From Armatimonadota bacterium (lineage in GTDB: Bacteria > Armatimonadota > UBA5829 > DSUL01): DNA of 64,000 nucleotides. A program made the position numbers and the translations under genes. Below the pieces are notes generated by a model, which was not told the origin of the DNA, did not search any database, and saw only the letters and a list, made by a program, of their open reading frames with translations. The DNA lies in NCBI GenBank assembly GCA_039811685.1, contig JBDHZC010000008.1, positions 76,707 to 140,706 on the forward strand. The letters run 5' to 3'. Below are positions 10,108 through 19,937 of the stretch, one piece after another (within the stretch, counting starts at the first letter, position 1; every line of letters starts with the position of its first letter).

Positions 10108-11634
10108 TTAGCGCAACATCAATCGAGCCGCCTGCCAAATTCCGCCGGCTCCGCCCGGGTTGAAGACGCGAACGGCCAGCACATTTGTCTGTCCCGGCTT
10201 TAGCCAGTCAGTAACGTCAACGGACCACGGCTGATTAGCGCCACCTTCGTCGAAGAAATGCCCGCGCAGATACCGTCCGTTCAGCCACGCCCACCCCACT
10301 TCATCAGCAGCGCCTAGAATGAGATAAACCTTCTGGCTTTCCTTTACTGTGGGCGCCTTGAAAGACAGACGGTACCAGGCGGCGCCCGAGTATTGACGGT
10401 CAATCTGGTGATCCCACGCGCTGTCTACGCGGATTTTCTGCCAGGCGGAGTCGTCATAGTCAGGCTGCTGCCACTTCTGGTTCTCACCCTGCAGCTTCTC
10501 GTCCGTCTGAAAGAGCCATCCATCTCGCGGAAGCTCAATGAGTTGAGGAGGGTTGGGATCACCGGATCCGGGCCCTTTTTTCGCCAGAGCCAGAGCCTGC
10601 ACGTAAGGGTCAGGTGTGTTGAAGTCCCACCAGCGCAGACGCTCCGAGTAAACCCACACGTAGCGATCGCTCGCCTCCAGCGCATACGCCAGCGAAGCCC
10701 GAAAACCAGCAGGCGTAAACCAGTTTTTCTGAAAATCGCAGCAGTTCCAGCCAATGGCAAAATCCGCCCAGAGTGCAAACCCTGCGCGAATATGCTTGTC
10801 GAAGGCGTCTTTGTTGGTTGTAATCTCACGGGAGAGACCGAGAATGTGCCTGCGCCCCGCCTGAAACTGCTCGCGTGTAAGAAACGGGTAGGACTGCTCA
10901 AATCCATCCACGAGGACGGTCTTGGGTGTTGCGGCCTCAGCCATACCGTCAAAGAAGGCAAAGAGCAGGCCGTAGCGATCTTGCGTAATGTCCAGATGTC
11001 CTGAGGAGATTGCCGGGCCCACCAGACACAACATCGTCAGGTCAGGATACTCGGCGTTAATGGCGGTTATGAACTCGCGCCCGCGCCGTTTGACCTGCTC
11101 AACGTACTGTTCCCAGGTGCGCTTTTCCGGGTCTTTCTTGACGAGATTTGCATAGCTCCAGAGATTGCCGCCATAGTCCTCCGGATCGAACATAAGCCCC
11201 TTACAACCACCCTGCCTTGCCACCCGTGCAAGGAGCGCCGCGTTGGCGCAAACCGTCTTCCAGCTCGGCCCCCACCAGCCGCCTTCAGGGTTGTCCACAA
11301 TCATCTGGATGAAGTTGTCGGAGAAGCGTTTGAACGTCGTCGCTTTCAGATCCGCAACCGCATGCTCTATCTCAGCAGGCTCGATGGGAGTCTTGTTGAA
11401 AACGCGCCAGCCCAGCGACTGAGCGTTTTCGCTGGAGTCTGGTTTGGGCAGAATCTTGATTACTACACCGTCAAAAGGGATGCGCTCCATCTGGCGTATA
11501 TTCTCGCGCACAAAGCGCGTGCTCGGGACATCCCAACCATATTCAATCAGCTTCTTTGAGGAGGAGCTGGCAATTATCTGGCCGGAGAAAAGCGAAAAAA
11601 CAAGACTAAGTACGATGGTTCGGTGAGGTCTCAC
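10108..11634 (-). CDS. Secreted putative glycoside hydrolase (unclassified TIM-barrel-like domain) with C-terminal GH2-type galactose-binding domain
   Basis: KKLIEYGWD...GLMFDPEDY N-terminal domain; C-terminal YDDSAW...AWYR...LGAADE...WLNG...NVLAVRV...GGIW sugar-binding fold. GTG 11634 has an AAAGGAG RBS, while the track's ATG at 11667 overlaps a TATAAT box. Confidence 0.6.
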   Translation of the reverse strand: MRPHRTIVLSLVFSLFSGQIIASSSSKKLIEYGWDVPSTRFVRENIRQMERIPFDGVVIKILPKPDSSENAQSLGWRVFNKTPIEPAEIEHAVADLKATTFKRFSDNFIQMIVDNPEGGWWGPSWKTVCANAALLARVARQGGCKGLMFDPEDYGGNLWSYANLVKKDPEKRTWEQYVEQVKRRGREFITAINAEYPDLTMLCLVGPAISSGHLDITQDRYGLLFAFFDGMAEAATPKTVLVDGFEQSYPFLTREQFQAGRRHILGLSREITTNKDAFDKHIRAGFALWADFAIGWNCCDFQKNWFTPAGFRASLAYALEASDRYVWVYSERLRWWDFNTPDPYVQALALAKKGPGSGDPNPPQLIELPRDGWLFQTDEKLQGENQKWQQPDYDDSAWQKIRVDSAWDHQIDRQYSGAAWYRLSFKAPTVKESQKVYLILGAADEVGWAWLNGRYLRGHFFDEGGANQPWSVDVTDWLKPGQTNVLAVRVFNPGGAGGIWQAARLMLR

Positions 11635-11665
11635 TGCACAGACTCCTTTCAAAAAAAGCGGCGCC

Positions 11666-11674
11666 ATTATATCA
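11666..11674 (-). promoter_or_regulatory. Extended -10 promoter element (TGATATAAT) for the 10108-11634 gene
   Basis: Minus strand reads TG-A-TATAAT about 30 nt upstream of the GTG start. Confidence 0.5.
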
Positions 11675-11712
11675 GGAAAACTGGACGGATACAGGTAACA
11701 CTGGAGAATACG

Positions 11713-11724
11713 TAAAACGTTTCA
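11713..11724. promoter_or_regulatory. Putative LacI-family operator TAAAACGTTTCA
   Basis: CG-centred imperfect palindrome in a divergent intergenic region; similar to the sites at 22932, 60502, 60632 and 62859. Confidence 0.5.
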
Positions 11725-11754
11725 GCAGTTTGGCATAAAGAGAGGAAATCAGCA

Positions 11755-12717
11755 TTGTTAAAGCTAGGTCTTATCGGGTGCGGACAGCTTGGAAAGATCC
11801 ACGCCAACTGTGTCGCACAGATTGAAGGGGCGCGCTTCTCCGGGTACGCAGACATCGCAAGGGAAGCGTCAGAGGCAATGCTGGCGCAGTTCGGCGGCGA
11901 CTACGCAACTGAGGATGTCTCTCGCGTGATGAATGATCCCTACATTGACGCGGTGTATATCTGCACACGCCACGACTCGCACGCACCGCTCGCTATCGCT
12001 GCGGCGCAGGCCGGGAAGCACATCCTCATTGAAAAGCCGCTGGCCTTGACCATGGAAGAGTGCGAAGCAGTGGAAGAGGCGGTCAGGAAGGCCGGAGTCT
12101 TTCTGATGCCTGCGTTCAAGCTGCGCTACTATCCTCTGATCCGCAAGGCGCACGAGTTCATCCCGGAACCTCTGGTGACCGTGGGGCAAGTTATGGATGA
12201 GCGCTGGGGTGACGACGCGTGGGCACAGGACCCGCTGCAGGGCGGTGCAAACGTCCACAGCCAGGGAGTGCACACGACGGATATTCTGCGTTTTCTTGTG
12301 GGCAGTGAGCCTAAGAGACTCTGGGCCACAGGCGGCACGCTGACGCATCCGGGACACCCCTGTATTGATCAGTGCGTCGCTTCCATTGAGTTTGAAAACG
12401 GCCGTGTGGCGTCCTGGATTCAGGGCGATGCTGGCATGCCGCCCTACCCGGGCAAGTTCTTCTTTGAGCTCTTCGGGCGCGGTAGAACTGTACAGCTCCA
12501 CGACCGTGTCCGCAGCGCTACATTCTCAGAGGGCGCAAAGACCTGGACGGAGGAAAGACCGGAAGAAGAAGGATTTCTGCTGGAGAACCGGGAGTTTATT
12601 TCTGCACTGACACACGGCCGGGAACCCGAGCTGACCGTGCAGGATGGAATTCAGGCCACAAAAATCGTTCTCGCTGCAGACAAATCCATTCGCACAGGTG
12701 ATATCCAGTATTTATAG
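11755..12717 (+). CDS. Gfo/Idh/MocA family oxidoreductase
   Basis: LGLIGCGQLG, IDAVYICT..DSH, GKHILIEKPLA; GAGAGG RBS. Confidence 0.92.
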   Translation: MLKLGLIGCGQLGKIHANCVAQIEGARFSGYADIAREASEAMLAQFGGDYATEDVSRVMNDPYIDAVYICTRHDSHAPLAIAAAQAGKHILIEKPLALTMEECEAVEEAVRKAGVFLMPAFKLRYYPLIRKAHEFIPEPLVTVGQVMDERWGDDAWAQDPLQGGANVHSQGVHTTDILRFLVGSEPKRLWATGGTLTHPGHPCIDQCVASIEFENGRVASWIQGDAGMPPYPGKFFFELFGRGRTVQLHDRVRSATFSEGAKTWTEERPEEEGFLLENREFISALTHGREPELTVQDGIQATKIVLAADKSIRTGDIQYL

Positions 12718-12786
12718 GATAAAATCTGCTTGGTGAATCGATACACCTGAGACGATAACTGCCCGAAGTGGCTATTTGCGCCTCAC

Positions 12787-13632
12787 ATGCTGGAGATGAC
12801 AGAGATGTTTCTCAAACGTCAGAGTAAGACACGCAAGTCCCTCGGCAACACGGCTGAAAAACGGCACGGCGCGCCCGGATTCACACTGATTGAGTTGCTC
12901 GTGGTGATCGCGATCATTGCCGTGCTTGCGGCCATTCTGTTCCCTGTTTTCACGATGGCGAGGGAGAAGGCACGGGCGACTCAGTGCCTCAGTAACCTCT
13001 CACAGCTGTCCCGCGCTATGATTCAATTCGCCAACGATAACAAAGGGATGCTTCCCGACGCTTCCATAAAAAACAACCCGGCGCCTTACTCCGACTGGTG
13101 TGGAAGCAAGCTGGTGGGCGGCGCAGCCGAGGACGCCCCGCGCCTGGAGCTTGGACAAATCTGGCCTTATGTGAAGGCGAAGGGCGTGTACGTCTGTCCG
13201 ACTGATAAGAACCGGACGCCCGCGCGTCCGTCAAACGCTTCGAGATGGCGCAACTATCCACTCAGTTATTCGATGAATACAGCTCTTGACGCCCAGGGCT
13301 GGGCCGATGCTGGAGCGGACTATCCCAGGTATTACAGCAAGATGGACTCTATCGCTAATGACCCTTCAAAAGTTCTGCTTCTGATACATGAGAGCAAAGA
13401 CAGTGGTGCGGACGAGTACGGCATGATCTCGGGAATAAACGACGGAGAGTTCAACTGGGCGAGCACAGATCACCCAGCGAAGGTGCACTATGACGGCACG
13501 CAGGTGGCTTATCTGGATGGACATGCAGCGTATGTCAAAAGGTCTGTTGCCTATGAGCGTATGAAGGCGGGCGAGTGGCACCCGGGACACACACCCGGAA
13601 TGCGTTACACCGGTCCGCGGAGTGGCGGTTAG
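12787..13632 (+). CDS. Prepilin-type N-terminal cleavage/methylation protein with H-X9-DG motif (DUF1559-like)
   Basis: [62 protein letters not shown] (H-X9-DG). Confidence 0.92.
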   Translation: MLEMTEMFLKRQSKTRKSLGNTAEKRHGAPGFTLIELLVVIAIIAVLAAILFPVFTMAREKARATQCLSNLSQLSRAMIQFANDNKGMLPDASIKNNPAPYSDWCGSKLVGGAAEDAPRLELGQIWPYVKAKGVYVCPTDKNRTPARPSNASRWRNYPLSYSMNTALDAQGWADAGADYPRYYSKMDSIANDPSKVLLLIHESKDSGADEYGMISGINDGEFNWASTDHPAKVHYDGTQVAYLDGHAAYVKRSVAYERMKAGEWHPGHTPGMRYTGPRSGG

Positions 13633-16600
13633 TGACCACCGGGACGCTTCAAGCGCTGAGACAATCGCGATTAAGTCGCCGGGCAGGAGTGGTACGAGCG
13701 TTTGCCAGTGTCTGCATTGTCAGTCTCATAGCTCTCGCGGGATGGAGTCCGGGAGCGAACGCTGGAGAGGTGGACAAGTTTTGTAGTTGTCCCACTGCGC
13801 GGACCCCACCGGTTGTTGACGGTTCGATTGACGAAAGCGAATGGGCTTTGTCACCGTGGCAGAGTGGCTTCGCAATTCCCAACAGCCGCAACCTTGCGCC
13901 GGCCCAGACGAAATTTCGCGTAGCTCGAAGTGCGAACGATCTGTACATCGCAATCGAAGCGAAAGAGCCAGAAATGGACAGGGTCAAAGCGAAAGAGACG
14001 CAGCGGGACACAGAGGTGGCGCTGGATGACTGCGTTGAAGTCGGCATTGATCCTCCCCACGACCACCTCACACACTACCATTTCATCGTCAACCCCCGTG
14101 GAGCTTTGCTGGATTTTCGCAATGGCTTTTACTCTGCGTGGGACGCAAACGTCCGGGTTGGAGTGAAGCGGTTGAAAGATCGCTGGACTGTAGAGATGGC
14201 AATCCGTCTGGTTGATCTGGCTCAGCGAAAGCCAAAGTCCGCAGACGTATGGGGATTCAATGTTTACCGTGAACGCCAGGCAAGCGGCTCGACAGAGCTT
14301 AGCAACTGGGCGGAATCAACAGGGATATTTACGGTTTCGCGGCAGATGGGGCATCTGGTGTTTGGGTTTGGCGGATTCTCTTTCGCAAAGGCACATCAGA
14401 AGTTTCTGAAGACGCTGACGCCCGAATTAGCGCGTAGCCCAAACGGCTTCGAAGGTCGCCCCTGGACATTTCTGGACAACGAACTCTCTGAAGACCATGA
14501 CCTCGCCTCGAGTCTCAAGTCAACCGGACCACATGTCAGGCCCTCGGCAGCAGTAAGGGCTCTTGTCTTCATTGGCGCCCGCGGGGAAGGACGCAATCTG
14601 AATCCGGGAACCGCTGTACGCGATGCGGTGGAACTTGTGAAACGCTACGGCTTCGACGCTACTGCAGTCTTTGTGAACTCCAGGGGTCTGGTCGGCGAAG
14701 CGCTGGGTGAGCGGCGGCTGCGATACCTGCTGAAAGACTCTTACAACGCCTTCGTTTTTGGCCACTGCAGCCCGGCCGATCTTCCGAAGCCTTATCAGGA
14801 AGAGATTGAGAGACGCCTGAATGCTGGGGCGGGTGTCGTTTGCGTATCGGATGACAGTACCCCCTCCTGGTTTGACGGAAGGCGCACGTTTGAGCCTGGC
14901 GACTTTTCTTCCACCCTTCCTGTTCCAGAGCTGTCTGCCTTTCAGGCCATAAAGCCGACGTCTGATGAATCCAGCAGAGACTACGAGCCAATCCAGTCCT
15001 TCAGCTGCGGGCACGGTCGCGCTGTGTCCATACGATATCCGGGCGTAAACGGACTGACGCCAGAAATGCCCGCGACACGTGAGAACGTGCTGGAGTACGG
15101 CTACTGGATAGATATTGTGGGGCAGGCCGTCCAGTGGGCGTCACGCTCTGAGCCAGCAGGCAGAGTTCAAGTGCCTTCGATGACTGTGGGACGCAGCCAG
15201 TTACCCCAAGCCGTGCCTTTGGAAATCAGGCCGCTACCAGATCAGCAGCACAAGCCGGCCGTGTTGTTGCGAGATATGGAGAATACAACAGAGCTGGCCG
15301 TAAATACGACACCGGAAGGCATTTATGAAGCCGAACTGCCAGAGCTGCCTGCAGGACGCTACTGGCTGGAGGTTTACTCCGCTGGCACTGACGGTCAACA
15401 GCAGCCCGTCTCGGCGCTTGGTAGGCTTCAGGTAGTTCAGACAACGTCTCAAATGCGCATCAGCATTGACAGGGCGCTGTTCAAAGAAGATGAGAACGTC
15501 ACCGGATCTATTCATTCCGGACAGGGGACTGCTGTACGGATAACACTGGAGAACTTTGATGGAGACTGGTTGGCCTCGAAAACACTGCCGCGCTCCACAA
15601 CGGAGACACGTTTCTCAATTCCGCTGACTGGCAGAGTAACTGCGAATATGACTCTCAGAGTTGAGTCACTCTCTCAGGATAAGGTACTCGAAACTCAGAG
15701 CATTGGCGTGAAAGCGCAGCGCAAACGGACGGATGACTTTCACGGCGTTATGTGGGACCAGCCGGATGGGCCGATGGGTCTATTGGCATTTAGAAACTTG
15801 CGGGAAAAGGCCGGATTTGACGTCGTTCTGGACGGAGCCATTGGCGAGGCGGCTCTTGGCGCTGACTACATGGGCCTGCCCTACACCACGCGCATTACTA
15901 ACACGCGAAAACCCGATGGTGTGATGACCTGGGGCTGCTGGAACGACCCGGCTGCCGTACGCAGGCGTATCGACACCGTTATTGACAAACAGAAAATCAA
16001 CGCAGCAAACGGCGTCTGGTGCTACTCCCTGGGAGACGAAAACGATACGATGGGGTGCTGTTTGCATCCTGACTGTCTCGCGGCTTACAGGCGATATTTG
16101 CAGCAGCAGTACGGATCTATATCTGCTCTGAACGAATCGTGGGGCGAGCGCTACCAAAGCTTCGAAGATGTCCAGCTTCTGCGTGGGGACGATGTTTTCA
16201 AGGACGGGCAGGCTTTTCAGACTGGAAAGTATCCGAGATGGCTGGACAGGCAGAAGTTTGCGCGGCTCAACTACGCCCGGCTGTGCAAGCGCTACGCAGA
16301 GGCTTACGACGAGATAGATCCGGGCGCCATTACAGGCTTTGAGGGAACAGGCAGATTCGGCGAAGACCCGGACGCTCTGCTCGGCTCTGTTGGGATGTGG
16401 ACGACGTACAACAACATCTTCGACGATATTCTGCGCACACTTATCCCGCCAGAGTTTATTCACAGTATCTGGGTGGGATATCAGAAGGATGCAGATTCTC
16501 TGCTGGCGGCAAGCTGGCGCGCGCTGGCGCTTGGGGCTGACAGCTACTGGTGGTGGCGGTGGGATGGCATCGGATTCTACCGAGGCTTTGCCCGGCCGAC

Positions 16601-17780
16601 ATTGGACCTTTGGCCGGCAACCCAGGCTGTGGCGGATGACTTCGAGGTGGTGCGAAACGGCCTCGGCAAGCTGTTGACGCAGGCCGCGCCCGTTGACGAC
16701 GGCGTAGCGATTCTCTATTCGGTGGAAGGCGTACTCAGTGACGAAATTCCCTCCGAGCACATTTTCGGGAAAGCAGAGTATGCCCATGCAGCTTTTATCC
16801 ATATGCTCAAAGACAGCGGAGTCGGCTACCGTTATGTGACACCCGAGCGGATAAGAGCAGGCGGTCTCAGAGGGACAAAGCTTCTCATTCTTCCTCACGC
16901 TTTCGCTGTGGATACCACCACGGCCGCGATGATTCAGGATTTTGCCAGAAGCGGCGGAACAATTGTTGCCGATCAGCGCCCCGGGGTTTACGACGGACAT
17001 CTGAAGGCTGTTCGCGGAGGAATGCTGCAAGCCTTGTTTGGCTCCCCGGAGACGTGGCACAAGGGCGTCAGAGTAGACACGCTATACGGAAAAGGCCACG
17101 GCGTCCTCTTGAACAGAAGTGTTATCCCCTACGAAACCAACAGGAGTCAGCTCGAGGCCCGTAAGTTGCGAAGTATCCTTGCAGACATCTGTCGCGGAGC
17201 CGGAGTAGACCCTTTTGTGGACGCTGTGGACCCCAAGGGCGCCAGCCCCCTTATGACAGAGTTGACTTCTCTGCGACTTGAGCGTGGCGGGCAGCTTTTG
17301 TGTGTGCGGCGCGACAGCATCGGGTGGGAGTTCACCGGACCAGGCCCTCTACCGGAACCCTATGACTACCCAGTGCGAATCACCCTCAAAGAGCCGCGCT
17401 ACGTCTATGATCTGAGAAGTGGACGCAGTCTGGGTTTGACACGCAGCTTTCGCTGCGATCTGCGGGGAGGGCGCGCCAACTTTTACGGCGTGTTCGAAAC
17501 GCCTGTCCTCGTGGCAAGCGCATCCGCCCGGAAAGTGTCCTCTGACGGCGCCGACCAGGTTGATGCTCAAGCCATGTTGAATGGGTCTGATACGGCCTTG
17601 CAGTTCAGCTTGTTGAGTCCCAGCGGCGAGGAGTTGCCATGGTCGAAAAAGGTGGTCACATCATCCGGGAACAAGGCACAGGCTCGTTGGATGCTGCCTC
17701 TTAACAGACTCCAGCCGGCAAGAGTGAAGGTGAAGGAATTGTTTACAGGAAAAGCCGCCGTAGCAGACATTATTCAATGA
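13632..17780 (+). CDS. Large secreted CBM9-like + GH42-like (beta-galactosidase trimerisation domain) protein
   Basis: PVVDGSIDESEW...LYIAIEA...DCVEV.ID...WTVEMAI (CBM9/DOMON-like); YSLGDE, YRRYLQQQYGSISALNESWG, TGFEG, VAILYS, KLLILP, GGTIVAD..PG.YD (GH42-like). Start uncertain; GTG 13632 overlaps the pilin stop (TAGTG). Confidence 0.7.
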   Translation: MTTGTLQALRQSRLSRRAGVVRAFASVCIVSLIALAGWSPGANAGEVDKFCSCPTARTPPVVDGSIDESEWALSPWQSGFAIPNSRNLAPAQTKFRVARSANDLYIAIEAKEPEMDRVKAKETQRDTEVALDDCVEVGIDPPHDHLTHYHFIVNPRGALLDFRNGFYSAWDANVRVGVKRLKDRWTVEMAIRLVDLAQRKPKSADVWGFNVYRERQASGSTELSNWAESTGIFTVSRQMGHLVFGFGGFSFAKAHQKFLKTLTPELARSPNGFEGRPWTFLDNELSEDHDLASSLKSTGPHVRPSAAVRALVFIGARGEGRNLNPGTAVRDAVELVKRYGFDATAVFVNSRGLVGEALGERRLRYLLKDSYNAFVFGHCSPADLPKPYQEEIERRLNAGAGVVCVSDDSTPSWFDGRRTFEPGDFSSTLPVPELSAFQAIKPTSDESSRDYEPIQSFSCGHGRAVSIRYPGVNGLTPEMPATRENVLEYGYWIDIVGQAVQWASRSEPAGRVQVPSMTVGRSQLPQAVPLEIRPLPDQQHKPAVLLRDMENTTELAVNTTPEGIYEAELPELPAGRYWLEVYSAGTDGQQQPVSALGRLQVVQTTSQMRISIDRALFKEDENVTGSIHSGQGTAVRITLENFDGDWLASKTLPRSTTETRFSIPLTGRVTANMTLRVESLSQDKVLETQSIGVKAQRKRTDDFHGVMWDQPDGPMGLLAFRNLREKAGFDVVLDGAIGEAALGADYMGLPYTTRITNTRKPDGVMTWGCWNDPAAVRRRIDTVIDKQKINAANGVWCYSLGDENDTMGCCLHPDCLAAYRRYLQQQYGSISALNESWGERYQSFEDVQLLRGDDVFKDGQAFQTGKYPRWLDRQKFARLNYARLCKRYAEAYDEIDPGAITGFEGTGRFGEDPDALLGSVGMWTTYNNIFDDILRTLIPPEFIHSIWVGYQKDADSLLAASWRALALGADSYWWWRWDGIGFYRGFARPTLDLWPATQAVADDFEVVRNGLGKLLTQAAPVDDGVAILYSVEGVLSDEIPSEHIFGKAEYAHAAFIHMLKDSGVGYRYVTPERIRAGGLRGTKLLILPHAFAVDTTTAAMIQDFARSGGTIVADQRPGVYDGHLKAVRGGMLQALFGSPETWHKGVRVDTLYGKGHGVLLNRSVIPYETNRSQLEARKLRSILADICRGAGVDPFVDAVDPKGASPLMTELTSLRLERGGQLLCVRRDSIGWEFTGPGPLPEPYDYPVRITLKEPRYVYDLRSGRSLGLTRSFRCDLRGGRANFYGVFETPVLVASASARKVSSDGADQVDAQAMLNGSDTALQFSLLSPSGEELPWSKKVVTSSGNKAQARWMLPLNRLQPARVKVKELFTGKAAVADIIQ

Positions 17781-18739
17781 ATAATCTGGATAGCGAAGTT
17801 CAAGTTTTTGACAGAAAATTGCGCGATATTCTGGCTCTGCAGAAGTTCGATGGTGAACTGGAAGTTGAAGTCAAGAGCCAGGAGTCTGACGGCGCTATCT
17901 CGCGAAAGTTGATTTGTATCAGAGTGGGTGAGGCGGAGTGGATGGGCGCTTACCTGCTGGAGCCGGATGTGGGCAAGCCCGTGAAACGGCCGGGAATTCT
18001 TGCGATTCATCAGCACGGAGGAGATTTCTCTCTCGGCAAGTCCGAGCCGGCCGGCCTTTCCGCGAACAGAGCATTTCACTACGGACTCGATCTCGCCAAG
18101 CGGGGTTTCGTTGTGCTGTGCCCGGATTTGCTCGCCTTCGAAGATCGGCAACCTCCAGAATGGAAACGCCGCGAAGGCTCAGCGCCGGATGGATTCTGGT
18201 ATGAGCGCTTCGAGGCGCTGCGGCTTCTGTTGAATGGCTCGTCACTTCAGGCAAAATACCTGGCGGATCTGGCGCGCGCTTTGGACTTTCTATGCTCTGT
18301 GGCAAATGTTGATGAAGGGCGAATCGGCGCGATAGGTCACAGCCTTGGAGGGCAGGAGGCTCTGTGGCTGACGTGGTTTGACTCCCGCATAAGCGCTTGC
18401 GTTTCGTCGTGCGGATTCGCGCTGATCCGTGCGATTGTGCGCGACCAGATCAACCACAATATGGCGCTCTACGTTCCGGGCTTGCTGCAGATCGGTGACG
18501 TGGACTTGCTGGCATGTGCGATTGCGCCGCGCGCCCTGTTTTTCTCTGCTGGAGACGCCGACTCCATTTTCCCTGTTGACTCAGTGCGGGCGATTGCTGA
18601 ACGGTTGCGCGAAAGATATGCGCATCAGGGAGCACTGGAGAGAGTCGAGTACGCAGAGTTCGTGGGCGGTCACGGCTTTCCAGATGACATCAAGGAGCGA
18701 GCTTACGACTTTCTGCAACGGAACTTGAGTCGAGAATGA
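17777..18739 (+). CDS. Alpha/beta hydrolase (dienelactone hydrolase / esterase family)
   Basis: HQHGG, GHSLGG nucleophile elbow, IAPRAL, GDADSIFP, GGHGF; ATGA overlap with the upstream gene. Confidence 0.85.
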   Translation: MNNLDSEVQVFDRKLRDILALQKFDGELEVEVKSQESDGAISRKLICIRVGEAEWMGAYLLEPDVGKPVKRPGILAIHQHGGDFSLGKSEPAGLSANRAFHYGLDLAKRGFVVLCPDLLAFEDRQPPEWKRREGSAPDGFWYERFEALRLLLNGSSLQAKYLADLARALDFLCSVANVDEGRIGAIGHSLGGQEALWLTWFDSRISACVSSCGFALIRAIVRDQINHNMALYVPGLLQIGDVDLLACAIAPRALFFSAGDADSIFPVDSVRAIAERLRERYAHQGALERVEYAEFVGGHGFPDDIKERAYDFLQRNLSRE

Positions 18740-18791
18740 GCATCTTTAGAGATGAGTGCGGGAGAACACATAACGAAAGAAAGCGCCAGCG

Positions 18792-19913
18792 GTGAAACAG
18801 TGGATAGATGAGCACACAGGGCGCAAAATCCGGCAGCTTACGGACTCACCCGGAGGTGTGTCGCTCGATTACTTCCGCCTGCCGCGCTATCTACCGAATG
18901 GCCTGGTCATGGCCAGTGGATCAGACGACCCTGGCGATCTGTGGTTGCTGGATGCCGGGTCAGGCGATTGCCAGCGCAGACGGTTGCCTATCAAGCGGCG
19001 ACTCAAACTCAGGGAGCGGGATGGCAAGCTCTGGTATGTGGGAACGGCAGGTCGAGACGTCTGGGAGGTCACATTGCCAGAAGGCGTCCCGCACCGTGTG
19101 ACGGAAGTGCCGGCAGAAATCACAGGTCACATTGTGGATATCACCTGTGATGGTGAATCGCTGATTATCGACCTCACTGAAGAGCTTGGTACTGCTCGCA
19201 CTGTACCGCTTACCAAAGACGCAGGCGCGTTCTGGCGCTATATTGACCGTCCGCGCAAAGGTTATCTCTGGAGCTACGACGTAGCAAACGGCACGGTGAC
19301 CGAGCTGGCACGATCGCAGATCTACGGCTTTGGCCATCACGACACCTCCCCCGCGGACGGTCATCTGGTCAAGTTCAGTCCAGACTACTACGATGCGCTC
19401 TGCCAGCGCATCTGGACAGCGCGTACGGACGGGTCTCAACTGACGCGGATTCGTCCGCAGAAAGCAGGGGAGTTCGTAACGCATGAGTTCTGGTGGCCAG
19501 ACGGAAAAGCGATCGGCTACACCTATCAAGACCGCCGGCAAGACCCTGCGTTGCGTGAGCTTCCATGGGGAGAATACGCACCTGTGCCCAGCCATTTCGG
19601 CGTTGCGAACCTCAAGGGTGAAGAGATCTATCTTTCAGATCCACTGAATCATTATCACAGCCATCTTTACGTCTCCGCGGACACCAAATGGAGTATTGGA
19701 GATGGCACAGAAGGGCACAGCTTCGTTTACGCTGCCGCGTTTTCCCTCAGTAGCTCCAGAATTGAGTTTCAGGCTCTTGCGACTGTTCATACACCTTACG
19801 TGCCCTTTGCCGGACAGGGAGTGGATGCGACTATCACCCCCGATGGCCGCTGGATGCTCTACAACGATACACTGGACGGGGTGAAGCAAGTGTGCGCGGT
19901 TGCACTGGAATAG
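18792..19913 (+). CDS. Oligogalacturonate lyase-like (PL22) beta-propeller protein
   Basis: D..TG..IRQLT start, GH...SP.D, QRIW..RTDG, THEFWWPDG, YHSH, TPDGRW.LYN; no signal peptide. Confidence 0.7.
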   Translation: MKQWIDEHTGRKIRQLTDSPGGVSLDYFRLPRYLPNGLVMASGSDDPGDLWLLDAGSGDCQRRRLPIKRRLKLRERDGKLWYVGTAGRDVWEVTLPEGVPHRVTEVPAEITGHIVDITCDGESLIIDLTEELGTARTVPLTKDAGAFWRYIDRPRKGYLWSYDVANGTVTELARSQIYGFGHHDTSPADGHLVKFSPDYYDALCQRIWTARTDGSQLTRIRPQKAGEFVTHEFWWPDGKAIGYTYQDRRQDPALRELPWGEYAPVPSHFGVANLKGEEIYLSDPLNHYHSHLYVSADTKWSIGDGTEGHSFVYAAAFSLSSSRIEFQALATVHTPYVPFAGQGVDATITPDGRWMLYNDTLDGVKQVCAVALE

Positions 19914-19937
19914 CTGCGCGCTCAGGCAGACGCCGCG

